Assembly: GCA_964016885.1 (NCBI GenBank)
Contig: OZ024742.1
Coordinates: 252,774,001 to 252,838,000 of the forward strand
Direction of reading: 5' to 3'
Source of the DNA: Eledone cirrhosa
Taxonomy: Eukaryota
DNA length: 64,000 nt
Part shown: positions 1 through 12,749 of the stretch, piece by piece
Numbering within the stretch: position 1 is the first letter of the stretch
Layout of the letters: each line of letters opens with the position of its first letter
Position numbers and translations under genes: made by a program
Notes under the pieces: model-generated
Seen by the model: the letters and a program-made list of their open reading frames with translations, nothing else
What the model was told of the DNA's origin: nothing
Database searches by the model: none

Positions 1-224
1 AGATGAATCAGTAATATATGCAGCTATGGAAACCATAAGCAGGAACCCTAATGGAATTGAAAATCTACAGTTGACTACAAACAAAATTAAATGTAGAATC
101 CAACAAGACAAATATACTTTTCATAAATTGCAAATATGAATGGTCAGTAGATTGGCTGCATATGTATTATTCTTAGATTAACAAAATATGCAGTAAAGTT
201 AGAAAACAGTTAAGTATCGTACTA

Positions 225-598
225 TAGGGTGGCCACTGAAAGACTGAATGATATAAAACAAAAATAACTTTTACAAACACATGGTTCTTTATTTTTTAAT
301 TATTTTATTTGGAAATATAAGTAATTGTTTCTACTTTTGGCACAAGGCCAGCAATTATCTCAGTGCATTACTGATAAGTATGAAAGGCAAAGTTAATCTC
401 GGCGGGATTTGAATTCTGACCACAAAGGGCCATAACTCTATGCTGCAAAGCATGGCATCCGACCCCTCTACCGATACTGCCATCCACCGTGCTCTTTTTC
501 AGCATTATGTGTGATAAACAACAAGGGATGCTCTATAACCTGCAAAAAAATAAAATAAAAAAGATTGAAAATGAACAAGTTTTTCAGTGGCCACCCTG
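225..598. mobile_element. Tc1/mariner-type MITE (TIR about 21 bp, TA TSD) with a nested SINE
   Basis: TA|TAGGGTGGCCACTGAAAGACT at 223-245 is nearly the reverse complement of AGTTTTTCAGTGGCCACCCTG|TA at 578-600; CAGGGTG termini with TA flanks are typical of Tc1/mariner. Confidence 0.75.
321..490 (-). mobile_element. SINE family A copy, nested in the MITE
   Basis: Reverse complement matches the family A copies at 2310, 8947, 52510, 57075 and 60510 (GGCAGTATCGGTAGAG...TTCAAATCCCGCCGAG...GGCCTTGTGCCAAAAGTAGAAACAATTA). Confidence 0.8.
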
Positions 599-903
599 TA
601 GTTGAATAGATACTGATTCTACACTTTTCTTGCTATTCCTCAGAAGGTCAAAAGTCATGGACAAAAATATGACTATTAATTAAAAAATATTAAGTATAAA
701 GTAAGGCAGTGAATTTGCAGATCATTAGAATGATGGATAGAATGCTTTGCAGTATTTGTTTCGGGTCTCTTTTCATTGAATTTAAATACAGCCCAGCCCA
801 GTTCAATATTGCTTTAATTCATTTGAGGTCAGTAAATAAGTACCAATCTATTTCTGATTTTCATTCTTCCTCACTCTCTCTGGAGAATATTGGCTGTGTT
901 TAG

Positions 904-997
904 ACTTGGAGTCAGATGGACTCTGCAAGGTTTAAAATATTTGAATGGCATCTCTAGGACTCCATCAGGAGTTCTGGATCCATGGAAGGATAGATGA
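904..997 (+). other. Candidate terminal coding exon of an unidentified host gene
   Basis: TTTAG acceptor at 899-903 downstream of a pyrimidine tract; open frame LGVRWTLQGLKYLNGISRTPSGVLDPWKDR* ending TGA 995-997; AT-rich UTR-like sequence follows. No homologue recognised. Confidence 0.25.
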
Positions 998-1664
998 ATT
1001 AAATATAATGATTTTCTTTCAGTATAATAATAATTTCCTTTATATTCCAGTGCTATAATGACATAAATAATACACACACTAGAAGAACCAAACCAAGCCA
1101 AGCCTGATAACTCTTGTTGCAGTAATAGATTTGTTCTCTTTTCGATAATGTTTATTAAAGATTTTATTTCCTCTTTTTCAATCTCTAATGTTCTTTCTTA
1201 ATATTTTTACAAGTTAGAATATTATTTTTCAAGAAATGTTTGATAGTTTTACATTAGTTAAAATAAAATATCCTCAATCCTGCATGAAATGTTGTCAGAT
1301 ATTTAAGTGAGTTTTAAAACTCTTTGCCTTTAGCTATCATAAAGATTATATTTAATAATTCAGTTTCATTGTTTTACACATTTACAATTTCTATTCCCGT
1401 TTGTTTTATAAAATATTCCAACAGTTTTCAGACTGCACTTTTCCTGTATTGCCTGTCATGCTATGGCATTGTTTCCCAAACTTTGTGCCACAGCACACTG
1501 GAGTACCATAAGCAGGATTTTGTTTTAAAATGTGAGAAATATAAATTGAAACTTGCAATAAAGTTCATATATAACTGTCAAGTGAAATTATTGCCAAAAA
1601 GATAAAGATATGCACATTTCTCATTAATAACTTTGATCCATTTGTTGATTAAAAAAGGAAGTAC

Positions 1665-2165
1665 ACCAGGGTGACGGTTCATACAAGCAGGTCTAGGAGC
1701 AATTTCATACATTTTTGGGTAAAAACAAATCTCCTTTCAAAGCCAGTATACAAAACTGGGTGAAAAAGTTTGAGATCTATGGGACAGTGAAAAACCTCAA
1801 TACAATGTCTGAAGACTCTGCTACCCTTACTAGATGACTCGGGAAGTGTACTCAGGAAATAATTGATATGATCCAAGAGTCTGTTGAGTAGAGCCCAAAA
1901 CGATCCTTGTGCAGAAGCCAATGCTTAGGTCTCTCCATAGAAATTTGCAGAAGGCTTGTCAAAGAGAATCTTAAGGAATATCCCTACAGAATACAGACTA
2001 AACAAACGTTTACTGTAGCTGATAAGACCAACAGAAAGGTTATGGCTGAGAAAATGCTGGAAAAGATGGAAAACAACACACATTTTTCTGAATTTGCTGT
2101 GGACCTCTGATGAAGCCTACTTTTATTTAGAGGGGAAAATCATCTCTAAGAACAATGTATTCTGA
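1665..2165 (+). mobile_element. Decayed Tc1/mariner transposase fragment
   Basis: Broken frames give CRRLVKENLKEYPYRIQTKQ and LWTSDEAYFYLEGKI, matching the HTH region and the first catalytic SDE motif of Tc1/mariner-superfamily transposases. Confidence 0.7.
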
Positions 2166-2309
2166 GAATCAAAGAATTTTTGTGTCAAAGGGGCAGGCTA
2201 CGTCTACAATCAGCCATGATATTTTTTCCTTGACAAAAACCACTAGGTCAGGCCTATTGTGTTCTAATTTCTTGTCTGTCTGTATCCTGAAATCCCATAA
2301 CACCTTCAA

Positions 2310-2482
2310 GAAGGTCAGACACCATGCTTTGCAGCAAAGAGTTACGGCCCTTTATGGTCTGAGTTCAAATCCCGCCGAGGTTAACTTTGCCTTTCATCCT
2401 TACGGGGTCAATAAAATAAAGTACCAGTAATACACTGGGATAATTGTTGGCCTTGTGCCAAAAGTAGAAACAATTATTATTA
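2310..2482 (+). mobile_element. SINE family A copy
   Basis: GAGTTCAAATCCCGCCGAGGTTAACTTTGCCTTTCATCC (B-box-like) and the tail GGCCTTGTGCCAAAAGTAGAAACAATTATTATT are shared with other copies. Confidence 0.8.
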
Positions 2483-2744
2483 TTAATATTATTATATTGT
2501 TTACATTGAATGTCTGTCATTTCACTCCAATATATGTTTCTGACATATTTCTTTGTAGAATTGTTATCAAGTTTTGAAATAAAGTTGACTTGTTTTGTTT
2601 ACAGACAAGGTAGCTCTGAACTTTTGGCCTTAGGATGGTGCAAATTTTTATTTGAACATTTTCTGTTTGATTTTTTTTTCTCAAATAATTTCCATCATGG
2701 TATCAGGTTTAGCAGCAACTAATGAACAGCATGGAGGAGGAGTT

Positions 2745-3090
2745 TTCATCATTTCATCTTCATTTCATTTTACGTCCGCTTTTTCCCTGCTTGCAAGGGT
2801 GGGATGGGAACTGATTCTGGCTTGATTTCTACAGCTGGATGCCCTTCCTAACACCAACCTCATTTACAGTGAGTGCTGGGTGCTTTTTTGCTGTGGCACT
2901 TCCACGACCACTTTGCAGTGGAATGATAGGGACCCCAGTCCCTATCATCTCATTTCTACAGCTGAGTAAACTGGACCAATGTGAAATAAAGTGTCTTGCT
3001 CAAGGAAACAACACATCACCCGGTCTGAGAATTGAACTCACAACCTTTCGATTGCAAGGTCAATGCTCTAACCACTAAGCCATGTACCTC
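2745..3090 (-). mobile_element. tRNA-headed SINE family B with RTE-derived 3' tail
   Basis: Reverse complement of the 5071-5407 copy: A-box TGGCTTAGTGG, B-box-like GAGTTCAATTC, tail CACCCTTGCAAGCAGGGAAAAAGCGGACGTAAAATGA. Confidence 0.85.
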
Positions 3091-3239
3091 AATTTTTGTT
3101 ATTTCTCACTAGCAACGATTATTTCTCAATAGCAACGCTCTCCACTACTGATGCAAGCCTGTCATCATCAATTCTACCACCACCACCAGCACTATCACAA
3201 TCATGACTACCACCAAAAATACCATGACAGTCAGACTAA

Positions 3240-3530
3240 GAATATCCAAACAGAGCATCCCACCCTGTTTGGTCATTTGGTGAATTTTAATTAGCTTTGA
3301 CCTTGAGGTGGCTGACACCATAATAGATGCCAAAAGGAGTAAGCAAGAGAATTGGTCTAGGATCAATCTTGAGAGCCTGCTCCAAGTTGAGTTGGAGAAC
3401 CTGGAAAAGATCCCAGATCTCATTTACATGTTGAATGGAGTGGAATTGTGTATGGGAGTGGAGGGCAGAAAGCCTAGATATCATCTGTGTTGGCCTAGAT
3501 GTTGGCCTAGATGTCATCTGTGATGGCCAT
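3240..3530 (+). mobile_element. L1/Tx1 ORF1 fragment
   Basis: NWSRINLESLLQVELENLEKIPDLIYMLNGVELCMGVEGRKPRYHLC aligns with NWFGTCIKVLVQRKPERVEKIPDKIILEDDVISILVEGKRPQCHKC in ORF 44557-45246. Confidence 0.6.
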
Positions 3531-4692
3531 CTATACCATAACAGATGCAGGACAGCCCAATTTCTTTAGCAGCCTGAATCCTTCCTTGAAATATCTCACT
3601 GGAGGAATGGAGTGGCATCTCAGACAGTTAAAAGGATTAGCGAGTAGAGGACAGCGGTGCAGAAGCCTCCAAAACCTTGACACATATTGTGTCTTATTGA
3701 TTTTGCTTATGAATTACATTAAAGATATCTGTTAATTCTTGAATTGGATATGCAGTAGTTGATGAAATAACTGAATGATCATCGCTGAAATTGATGGAGA
3801 TCCATCATATTACAAAAAATTTATGGCGCCTACTGCATCACTTGACACAATTGTCATTTATGAAATCATTTCCTGCACCTAGATTTTTCTGTTTTTACCA
3901 CAGATATCTGCAGCATTAGTTTCTAATGAAAACAAGCTTGAACAGTAACCAATGAAGCATTGATTTCAATTCAATTCAAAATTATAATTTTTTTTTACCA
4001 ATGTTTTCTAGCATGGCAATGAAAAAAATGTTTTTTTAAAATAACAAAAAGCATTTAGGGGAAATTTCCTATTATTTTTTCTACTTATCCATTCATATTG
4101 TACCTCTTGAACTAGAATATTCTCAACAATATGACTCCTTATTCAAATCAGTCTGATGATGATGATCATCATCATCATCAACATCATCCTCACCACAGTT
4201 TTATATCTATTTTCTATGTATGCATGGGTTAAATGGGTTGTCACGTTCTGAGGGTAGATAGGGCAGGTGACCACATTTAGCTCATATGTTCCATTCTGGC
4301 ATGGTTTCCTCTGCTGGATGCTTTTCCTAATGCCAAACACTTCACAGTAGGTACTGGGAGCATTTTAATGTAGCACCAGTACAACCACTATTCAACACTA
4401 GGGTGCTTGTGTCCTCAGGCATGATGGGATGACTGGGTAGAGATAGGGAGTAAGGGGAAGAAAGGGGTAGGTTTCATGTTGCTTGCTGATATAAACACAC
4501 ACTAGAGTAAAGTATATACACTATGCCTCTTGTTTCTATTATCATAATCATTATCATTGATATTAGTATTATTATTACATTTGCCTAGTTCTGTGTTTGA
4601 AGAAAAGCTTTGTATTGAAACAATTGTAAGAACTAGACTACTTAAGAACTTCTTTCTGTCATCTTAATTTGTTTTATATATATATATATATA

Positions 4693-4986
4693 CCATCATC
4701 ATCATCATTATTTTAACATCCACTTTCCCTGCTAGCAAGGGTTTATGGGTCTACATAGACCAAGTCAGTACTGAAGCAGTAGCTACTGATTTCCCAGACA
4801 GGCCAGGTCTCACTTATGTATGATCGCACTTAAGGGAAGTTGTCATGTCTTTGACACAACTGAGGGTCCTTCCAACCCTTTGTTTGGCAAGCTATCTATG
4901 GCAGGATGCCCTTCCTATCACCAATGATTGTAGTAGGTTTTTTTATCATGTAGATCACCAAATACTAGGGAGGCTGTCATGCCTTG

Positions 4987-4990
<4 letters not shown>
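4693..4990 (-). mobile_element. RTE-tailed SINE-like element (related copy 14262-14485)
   Basis: (CAT)n tail, TTCCCTGCTAGCAAGG, ACATAGACCAAGTCAGTACTGAAGCAG shared with 14290-14350, and a GGATGCCCTTCCT motif. Confidence 0.6.
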
Positions 4991-5067
<77 letters not shown>

Positions 5068-5070
5068 GAT

Positions 5071-5407
5071 GGAGGAACATGGCTTAGTGGTTAGAGCATT
5101 GGCTTTGCAATCGAAAGGTTGTGAGTTCAATTCTCAGACCGGGTGATGTGTTGTTTCCTTGAGCAAGACACTTTTTTTCAGATTGGTCCAGTTTACTCAG
5201 CTGTAGAAATGAGATGATAGGGATTGGGGACCATATCATTCCACTGCAAAGTGGTCGTGGAAGTGCCACAGCAAAAAAGCACCCAGCACCCAGCACTCAC
5301 TGTAAATGAGGTTGGTGTTAGGAAGGGCATCCAGCTGTAGAAATCAAGCCAGAATCAGTTCCCATCCCACCCTTGCAAGCAGAGAAAAGCGGATGTAAAA
5401 TGATGAT
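5071..5407 (+). mobile_element. tRNA-headed SINE family B with RTE-derived 3' tail
   Basis: GGAGGAACATGGCTTAGTGGTTAGAGCA...GTGAGTTCAATTC head; GTTAGGAAGGGCATCCAGCTGTAGAAA; 3' end near-identical to the RTE LINE end at 8231-8279. Confidence 0.85.
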
Positions 5408-5430
5408 ATATATATATATATATATATATA

Positions 5431-8280
5431 TCAATAAGACAATAGAGGTAGTTCGAGTTAGTAATCAAATAATTAAGCTTAGATTAGTTGTAGGTAGGAG
5501 ACTACTGACAATCATCTCGGTCTATGCTTCCCAAGCAGGCTTAGGCAAAGATGAGAAAGACTGCTTTTATGAGCAACTTTTGCAAACAACCGCAATGACA
5601 GAGGACGGTGACATCGTTATGCTAGCAGGAGACTTCAATGGTCATGTTGGACAGCTCCAGGATGGTTACACTGGGGTACATGGTGGGCACGGTTACGGTT
5701 CAAGAAATGAAGAAGGAGTGAGACTTCTTGAATTTTGTGATGTGAGTACATTGACTATTTGCAACACAAACTTCCAGAAACCTGCCAATCACCTAATAAC
5801 CTACAAATCTGGTGAGAACCTAAGCCAGATTGACTTCTTGCTAGTTAGGCAGCGGGACAGGCAGATAGTGTCTAATACCAAGGCATACCTTGGGGAAGAA
5901 TGTACCCCACAGCATAGGTTAGTTGTTAGTGATATCTCAGTAAGGAAGAGATGGAATGAGACATATAGGAAGGTGTGGAGAAGAAAGGTCTGGAAGCTAA
6001 AAGACCTTTCACTAAAATACAAATTTAGGAAAGCCCTTCAAGATGTATATGACGAAAAAGAAGACGATTTAGAGATGTATAACATAGATAATAACTGGAA
6101 TTTCTTACGTGACAACTTGCTGCAAGCTACTGATGAAACCTGTGGCTGGAGCAGAGCTCCAACCAGACAGAGAGTGGCCTGGTGGTGGAACAGCACAGTA
6201 GATAAGGCTATTAGAGACAAAAGACTAGCATGGAAGGCTTGGAAAAAGGGTGGGAGTAGGGAAGAATATACAGCCACTAAGAGAGAAGCTAGACGTCAGG
6301 TGTACTTAGCACGCAGGGAGGCAGAGAGTAGGAGGTTTGCCAATGTTCTGCGACGGGAAGATCAGAGGCGTGCGGTGTTCCACATTGCAAGGCAGTGTGT
6401 CAATGCAAATCAGGATGTTGTTGGAGATAAATGTGTCCGGGATGATGCCGGTGTACTTAGTGTCACGAATGATCAGAAAAAGGAGGCCTGGAAATGTCAT
6501 TATGAGAGACTGATGAATGTGGAGAACGAATGGGAGAGAGAGAAATTACCCTTGGTAGATCCGACAGAGGGACCAGCTATTGAGATTGATGAATATAGGG
6601 TCCAAGAGGCGATTAGGGAAATGAAAAATGGTAAGGCGGCCGGACCATTGGGAATAGTTGCTGAGATGCTGAAGGCATCAGGGGACGTAGGCACTAAACT
6701 GGTTGCACGCATCATCAATCAGGCTATATATGGTGGTGTCATACCCAAAGACTGGTGCAGCAGTATTCTCATAAATTGCTACAAAGGTAAAGGGGATGCT
6801 TTGGAGAGGAGCAATTATAGGGGTATAAAACTGATAGATCAGGTTATGAAAGTGGCAGAAAGGATTTTAGCACAACTAATTAGAGAAAGGGTCAAACTAG
6901 ATGAGATGCAGTTTGGTTTTGTGCCTGGGAAGAGTACAACAGATGCCCTCTTCTTGGTGAGACAAATGCAAGAGAGGTTCTGAGAGAAGAATAAGCCACT
7001 ATACTTAGCCTTTGTTGACCTAGAGAAGGCCTTTGATAGGGTACCCCGATCTGTCATCTGGTGGTCCCTAAGGAAGCTAGGTGTTGAGGAATGGCTTGTG
7101 AGGACAGTGCAAACTTTGTACAGAGGTACTCTCAGTAAAGTCAGGGTAGGAATGGAGTTTAGTGAGGAATTCCAGATACAAGTAGGAGTACATCAGGGTT
7201 TGGTCCTCAGCCCGCTCTTGTTCATTATAGTCCTCCAAGCCATAACAGAGGAGTTTAAGACTGGCTGTCCATGGGAACTTCTCTATGCTGACGATCTGGT
7301 TCTTATAGCAGAATCAGTAGAGGAGCTAGAGAATAAATTCTGGCTATGGAAACAGCAGTTGGAAGCAAGAGGACTGAGAGTGAATCTAGCTAAGACAAAA
7401 GTGTTGATGAGTAGAAAAGAGGACAAAACCCTGATTCCGTCAGGGAAATGGCCATGTTCGATATGCAGAAAAGGTACTGGCATAAATTCTATAAAATGCA
7501 CACAATGCAGATCCTGGGTACACAAGAGATGTAGCGGGATAGCAGGCAAACTAACAGGTAGGGAGAAATATGTATGCAGTAAATGTACAGGGAAATTAGA
7601 CAGTAGAAGTCGCACTGATAGACACATTTTTCAAATGCAAGAGGGCGCTATAGAAGTGGTGGATAGCTTTCGGTACCTAGGAGATCAGATTAGCATGGGA
7701 GGAGGGTGTTCTGAGGCCATAGTATCTAGAATAAGGACGGGTTGGAAGAAGTTTAGGGAGCTGCTTCCTCTGTTGACGAAGAAGGGTTTCTCCCTGCGTA
7801 TGAAAGGCCGGTTGTATGATGCCTGTGTGAGGAGCGCGATGCTGCATGGTAGTGAGACATGGGCAGCAACTGCAGAGGATATGCGACGGCTGGAGAGAAA
7901 TGAGGCAAGCATGCTCCGTTGGATGTGCAGTGTAAATGTGCGTGAACGACCCAGCATAAATGTGTTGAAAGAGAAACTGTGTCTGAGAGGGATAGAATGT
8001 AGTGTACGGGAAAGGAGACTGAGGTGGTATGGACATGTGATGCGCATGGAGGATGACCGATGGGTGAAGAAGTGCCAGGAAATGCCAGTTGAAGGAAGAC
8101 GTGGTAGAGGTAGACCACGAAAAACATGGGCGGAGGTGGTGAGAACAGACCTCAGATCATTGAAGCTCACGGTGGAGATGACGAGGGACCGTGACGAGTG
8201 GAGAGATGCTGTGCTGAATAAGACCCGTTTCACCCTTGCAAGCAGGGAAAAGCGGACGTAAAATGATGATGATGATGATA
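5431..8280 (+). mobile_element. RTE-clade LINE, 5'-truncated, APE endonuclease plus RT with one in-frame stop
   Basis: APE motifs GDFNGHVG, IDFLL, PQHRL; RT motifs NYRGIKL, QFGF, AFVDLEKAFDRV, GVHQG, LLYADDL. TGA at 6981-6983 interrupts an otherwise continuous frame to TAA 8259-8261; (ATG)n tail. Confidence 0.95.
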
Positions 8281-8728
8281 TATATATACATGGTTGTGAT
8301 GGGGGAGAGGTCCATCATTTCATCACTAAAGGTTGGGGTCATGGTGGTGCCAAGCCTCCCTTGGTGGTCTAAAAGGAGGGTATTTATATACTGCTTGGGT
8401 CCTCTGGTTGTGTGTTGTCCATCATTTGGGTGTGTGCCAGGCTTTCCTTGGATGAGAAAGTGTTGGGAGTGCAAGGAATCAGCAGAGTATGGTGAAATAG
8501 ATAGTGTAGTGAAAATATTATTTTGTAATATAGTCCCAACACAGTTCCATTGAGTTACAGTGACCAGGTCATAAACTATGTAATGAAAATATTATTTTGA
8601 CACCAACAAACAAATGAGAAATGTAAAGCGAATTTAACAATAGATTTTGTGAGTTTTTGAAGAGCTAAAATAACTCTTCCACAATGTAATTGCTTTAGTT
8701 TCATATACATATATAAATGTGTGTATGT

Positions 8729-8765
<37 letters not shown>

Positions 8766-8785
8766 ATATTTATACATATATATAA

Positions 8786-8831
<46 letters not shown>

Positions 8832-8946
8832 CACACACACACATACATACACATATATACAATATTTTATATATATATACATATATACAGATATAATATT
8901 CCATATATATATACGTACATATATATATAACACACACACATATATA

Positions 8947-9120
8947 TCAGTAGAGGGTCGGACGCCATGCTTTGACGCAAAGAATTACGTCCCTTTCCAT
9001 TCTGAGTTCAAATCCTGCCGAGGTTAACTTTGCCTTTCATCCTTATGGGGTTGATAAAATAAAGTACCAGTAATACACTGGGTATTTGCTGGCCTTGTGC
9101 CAAAAGTAGAAACAATTATT
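8947..9120 (+). mobile_element. SINE family A copy
   Basis: Same body and tail as 2310-2482. Confidence 0.8.
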
Positions 9121-9589
9121 TCTTTTTATTCTTGAAACTATGGTAGAGAGACAATCATTGAGACGTCTAATAGAGACAAATAATTTTTTAATTGATAAAT
9201 ATATATATAGTTAAGCATAGGGTTAAAGTTCCATACAAATCAAAGATAATGCAATAAAAATAAGTGGAAATGATCAGAAGTGTATTTAAAGAATCTTTTT
9301 ACTTTAATAAAAAAAAAACCTCAAATATTTCTATAATTTTTACATCAAGTAGATTCAAGCTTCATCAAATATTTTTACCAGTTTTGATTAATTACAACAA
9401 AGTTTTCTAATAATAATAAATTTAACAAATTCATTTCTCATATTTTGTAAATTTTTAAACATTTGATTATTTTCTATCTGAAGCGCCTCCTTATATATAT
9501 TTTTGTGCAGATGGGCTGGTGGGGGTGGATGTAGAGTTCAAATGTTCTGGATTCAATTTGATTCAATAGAAATTTCTAGAGTTTATTCT

Positions 9590-10712
9590 CATCATCATCA
9601 TCATCATCATTTTACGTCTACTTTTCCCTGCTTTCAAGGGTGGGATGGGTCCTCTTCAGCACAGCATCTCTCCATTCATCACGGTCTCTCGTCATTTACT
9701 CTGTGAGCTTCAGCGACCTGAGATCAGTTCTCACCATGTTTTTCGCGGTCTTCCTCTACTGCATCTTCCTTCCCCTGGGATTTCTTGGCACTTCTTCACC
9801 CAGCAGTCATCTTCCATGTGCATCACATGGCCATACCAACACAGTTTTCTCTCCCACACACTACAGTTTATCTCTCTCTCTCTTATACACAGTTTCACTC
9901 TCAATTCGTCCATGCTTGGTCATTTACGCACATTGATATTGCACATCCATCGGAGCATGCTTGCTTCATTTCTCTCCAGCTTTTGCATATTCTCCGCAGT
10001 TGCTTCCCATGTCTCACTACCATGCAGCGTTGTGCATCTCATACATGCATCATGCAACCGACCTTCCGTTCATAAGGAGAAACCCTTTGTTGTCAACAGA
10101 GGAAGCCACTCCCTAAACTTCTTCCATCCTGTCCTTATTCTAGATACTATGGCCTTGGAGCATCCTTCTCCTTTGCTAATCTGATCACCTAGATGTCGGA
10201 AACTATCAACCACCTCTATAGATCCTGCCTATATTTGAAAAATGTGCCTATCGCTGACACTTCTATCAATTTTTCCCGAACATCTACTACATATGAAGTT
10301 TTTCCGTCCTGTTAGTTTGCCTGCTATTTACGCCAACTCCTTTTCTACATATTGGGCATAACCATTTCCCTGATGGAATCAGAGTCTTGTCCTCTTTCCA
10401 ACTTATCAACACTTCAGTCTTTGCTAGGTTCACTCTCAGTCCTCTTGATTCCAACTGCTGTTTCCATAGCTAGAATTTATTCTCTAGCTCCTCTACTGAT
10501 TCTGCTATAAGTACTAGATCATCAGCATAGAGAATTTCCCATGGGCAGCCAGTCTTAAATTCCTCTGTTATGGCTTGGAGAACTATAATGAATAGGAGCA
10601 GGGTGAGGACTGAACCCTGTTGAACTCCTACTTGTATCTGGAATTCCTCACTAAACTCCATTCCTACTCTCACTTTATTGACAGCTCCTCTGCATAGCTT
10701 ACACTGTTCTCA
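9590..10712 (-). mobile_element. Degenerate 3' fragment of the same RTE family as 5431-8280
   Basis: RVGMEFSEEFQIQVGVQQGSVL and ILYADDLVLIAESVEELENKF are near-identical to that element; stops and internal deletions, including part of the PHD; (CAT)n tail. Confidence 0.9.
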
Positions 10713-11289
10713 CAAGCTATTCCTCTACACCTTCTTTCCTAAAATAGAAATACAAATAACAGTAAAGATCTGTGGCATGATGTATGCATGGGAGGGTTTT
10801 TCTGCAAGTGTGCAAGTTCAATTGAGACAAAAGTTCAAGATTTCATTCATGTTTTGTTCTGGTTGTTGGTGCTATAACAAGAGAAAATAACAATAACAAT
10901 AAAAATGAAGATAATGTTAAAAAGTCCTTTGGTGTGAGCGTATGTGTTCCTGTATGGGGTGGGGTGGTGGTTTACAGTTGTCAAAAAAAATTTTCTGGAA
11001 ATTTCACTAAAATCTGAAAGTAAGGAAAAAATCCGTTAATGAAATTCAAATTTCTAATTGTGAATTTTGTATATTTTTTATCCTGTCTATATCAATAAGT
11101 TATTCTGGAAATGTGATGACTTTTTCTTTTCTGCTGTGGTGTAAGCATATTTGTATGTGTATGTGTGCCTGTGTGAGGTTGTGCACACATAGAAATATGG
11201 GTATTTTATATTTAGAGTCAGCCAATTTTGTTGTTCTTATCTATTGTTTATTATGTAATATCTAATGGATAACAATTATATGTTTAAAG

Positions 11290-12320
11290 CATGGCTTGTA
11301 TTTTTTTAATAAAATGCTTTTTTATTGATTTGTTGTCATTTTGTAATTGAATCTGAGCATTTGTAAATGGGGAATACTTTAAAATTAGTAAGATCATTCC
11401 CACACATGTAGTAATGTGACTACTTAAGGGGATTTGTTTTGTGTTTTTATGGATTTGTTGGCAATGTATGGTAATTCTCTTGTATAATGACAATCCCATC
11501 TGTCCTATCTAATTTCCAGACATCCATGGCATGTTATCTCATAAATTAAGTTCTCAGCATTGCATGTGAAATTTTCTTTTCTCTGAAGATTTCTCTTTAA
11601 ATTTTAACTCTGGTCCTTCAATTAGGTATTAGTAGGTATCACAATTTGATCTTCAACGTTTTGTAATAGTGGGGGTGGGAGTTTCTTTATAGGTTTTTTT
11701 ACTGTAGTAAGTATATCTTTTAGTGTTTGGGGCTGTCTTTTACTTTTGATGATTTATAATTTTTTCTATTTTTTTTTCATTTATTGATCTTCATATAAAA
11801 TGTGGAGGTGGTCAAATATTTCGACATTTCTGAGGTTAAAAGTGAATGTTTATGGTAAAACTATTTTCTTGTTTTTCTTAGTTCCTGAATATCAATATAT
11901 TTTGTCCTTTCTAATCCATTGGTGAATAAATCAAGCTGGAAGATTCCTTGAATGAGCATATCTTTCAATTCGTTCAGTCTTTGATCATGTTTTGTGGGTC
12001 TGTTACATATTCATTTAGCTAGGGGAAGAGGAATGTTCATTTTAGTATGTTTAGGATAGTTCGATATAAAGTGAAGGTACTGTTTGGTGTCTGTAGGTTT
12101 TATAAAAAATGTCTGTTTTTATTCTCCTATCAGTTTGTATGATTGAAATACTCCCAAATGTAATTACTTGTGGTTAAAATCATCCATTGTGAATTGAATG
12201 TTATTTATTAAATTCTGAATCAGATTTTTGAATTCTGTCAATTTGTCAAAGATTTCTTGCCATGAGATAAAGTAATCATCCAATTATCTTTTCCTGCTCT
12301 TTTTTTTAGATATATGTAGG
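11290..12320 (-). mobile_element. Highly decayed Penelope-like element (relative of 50425-52050)
   Basis: Minus-strand remnants parallel the 50425-51594 ORF: KPTDTKQYLHF, YPKHTKMNIPL, IIKSKRQPQTLK, QIPLSSH, and KQLLKKYKP-like end. Confidence 0.65.
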
Positions 12321-12749
12321 GATTACTTGTATGTTTTAATTGCTGCAATTTTAAAACATAGGATTCATTTTGAGTAACTGTATTAAAAAAGAAAATACAG
12401 CACAAACTGCCACAAACAAATAAATCATTTCACTACACAAATAAGGAAAAGAAAGGAGCTGATTGTCAGATGAGACAAAAGAAAACTAAGTTTCTATTGA
12501 TTTTTCCATTGCTGATACTATCTTCCATTTGCAAATCCTAGCTGAAAAAAGGAGCCAATTATCTGATGGCAGGAGGCAGGATTTTAACTCTGTATGTACA
12601 CACAGCCAGACAAAATATCACAAATCATTCTATCTGATACTTTAACAGTTCTGCCAATCCATCATTTGTAAACTCATACTTTGTTTATCAACTTTAAAAG
12701 AATGAAAAGCAAAACTGATCCCACATGTAATAAATATAATCCCAACAAG

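Noticed and set aside
3740-3960. Possible mariner transposase remnant on the minus strand
   Set aside because: Similarity is too weak and no catalytic motif or TIR was found.
5071-5150. tRNA genes at SINE heads
   Set aside because: A/B boxes are present but they run into SINE bodies; no complete cloverleaf.
5373-5430. Annotated start of the 536-aa ORF
   Set aside because: It runs through a SINE tail and (TA)n; the LINE is 5'-truncated at about 5431.
6981-6983. Programmed readthrough or selenocysteine at the RTE in-frame TGA
   Set aside because: Most simply a CGA-to-TGA CpG mutation at a non-Cys position; no supporting signal seen.
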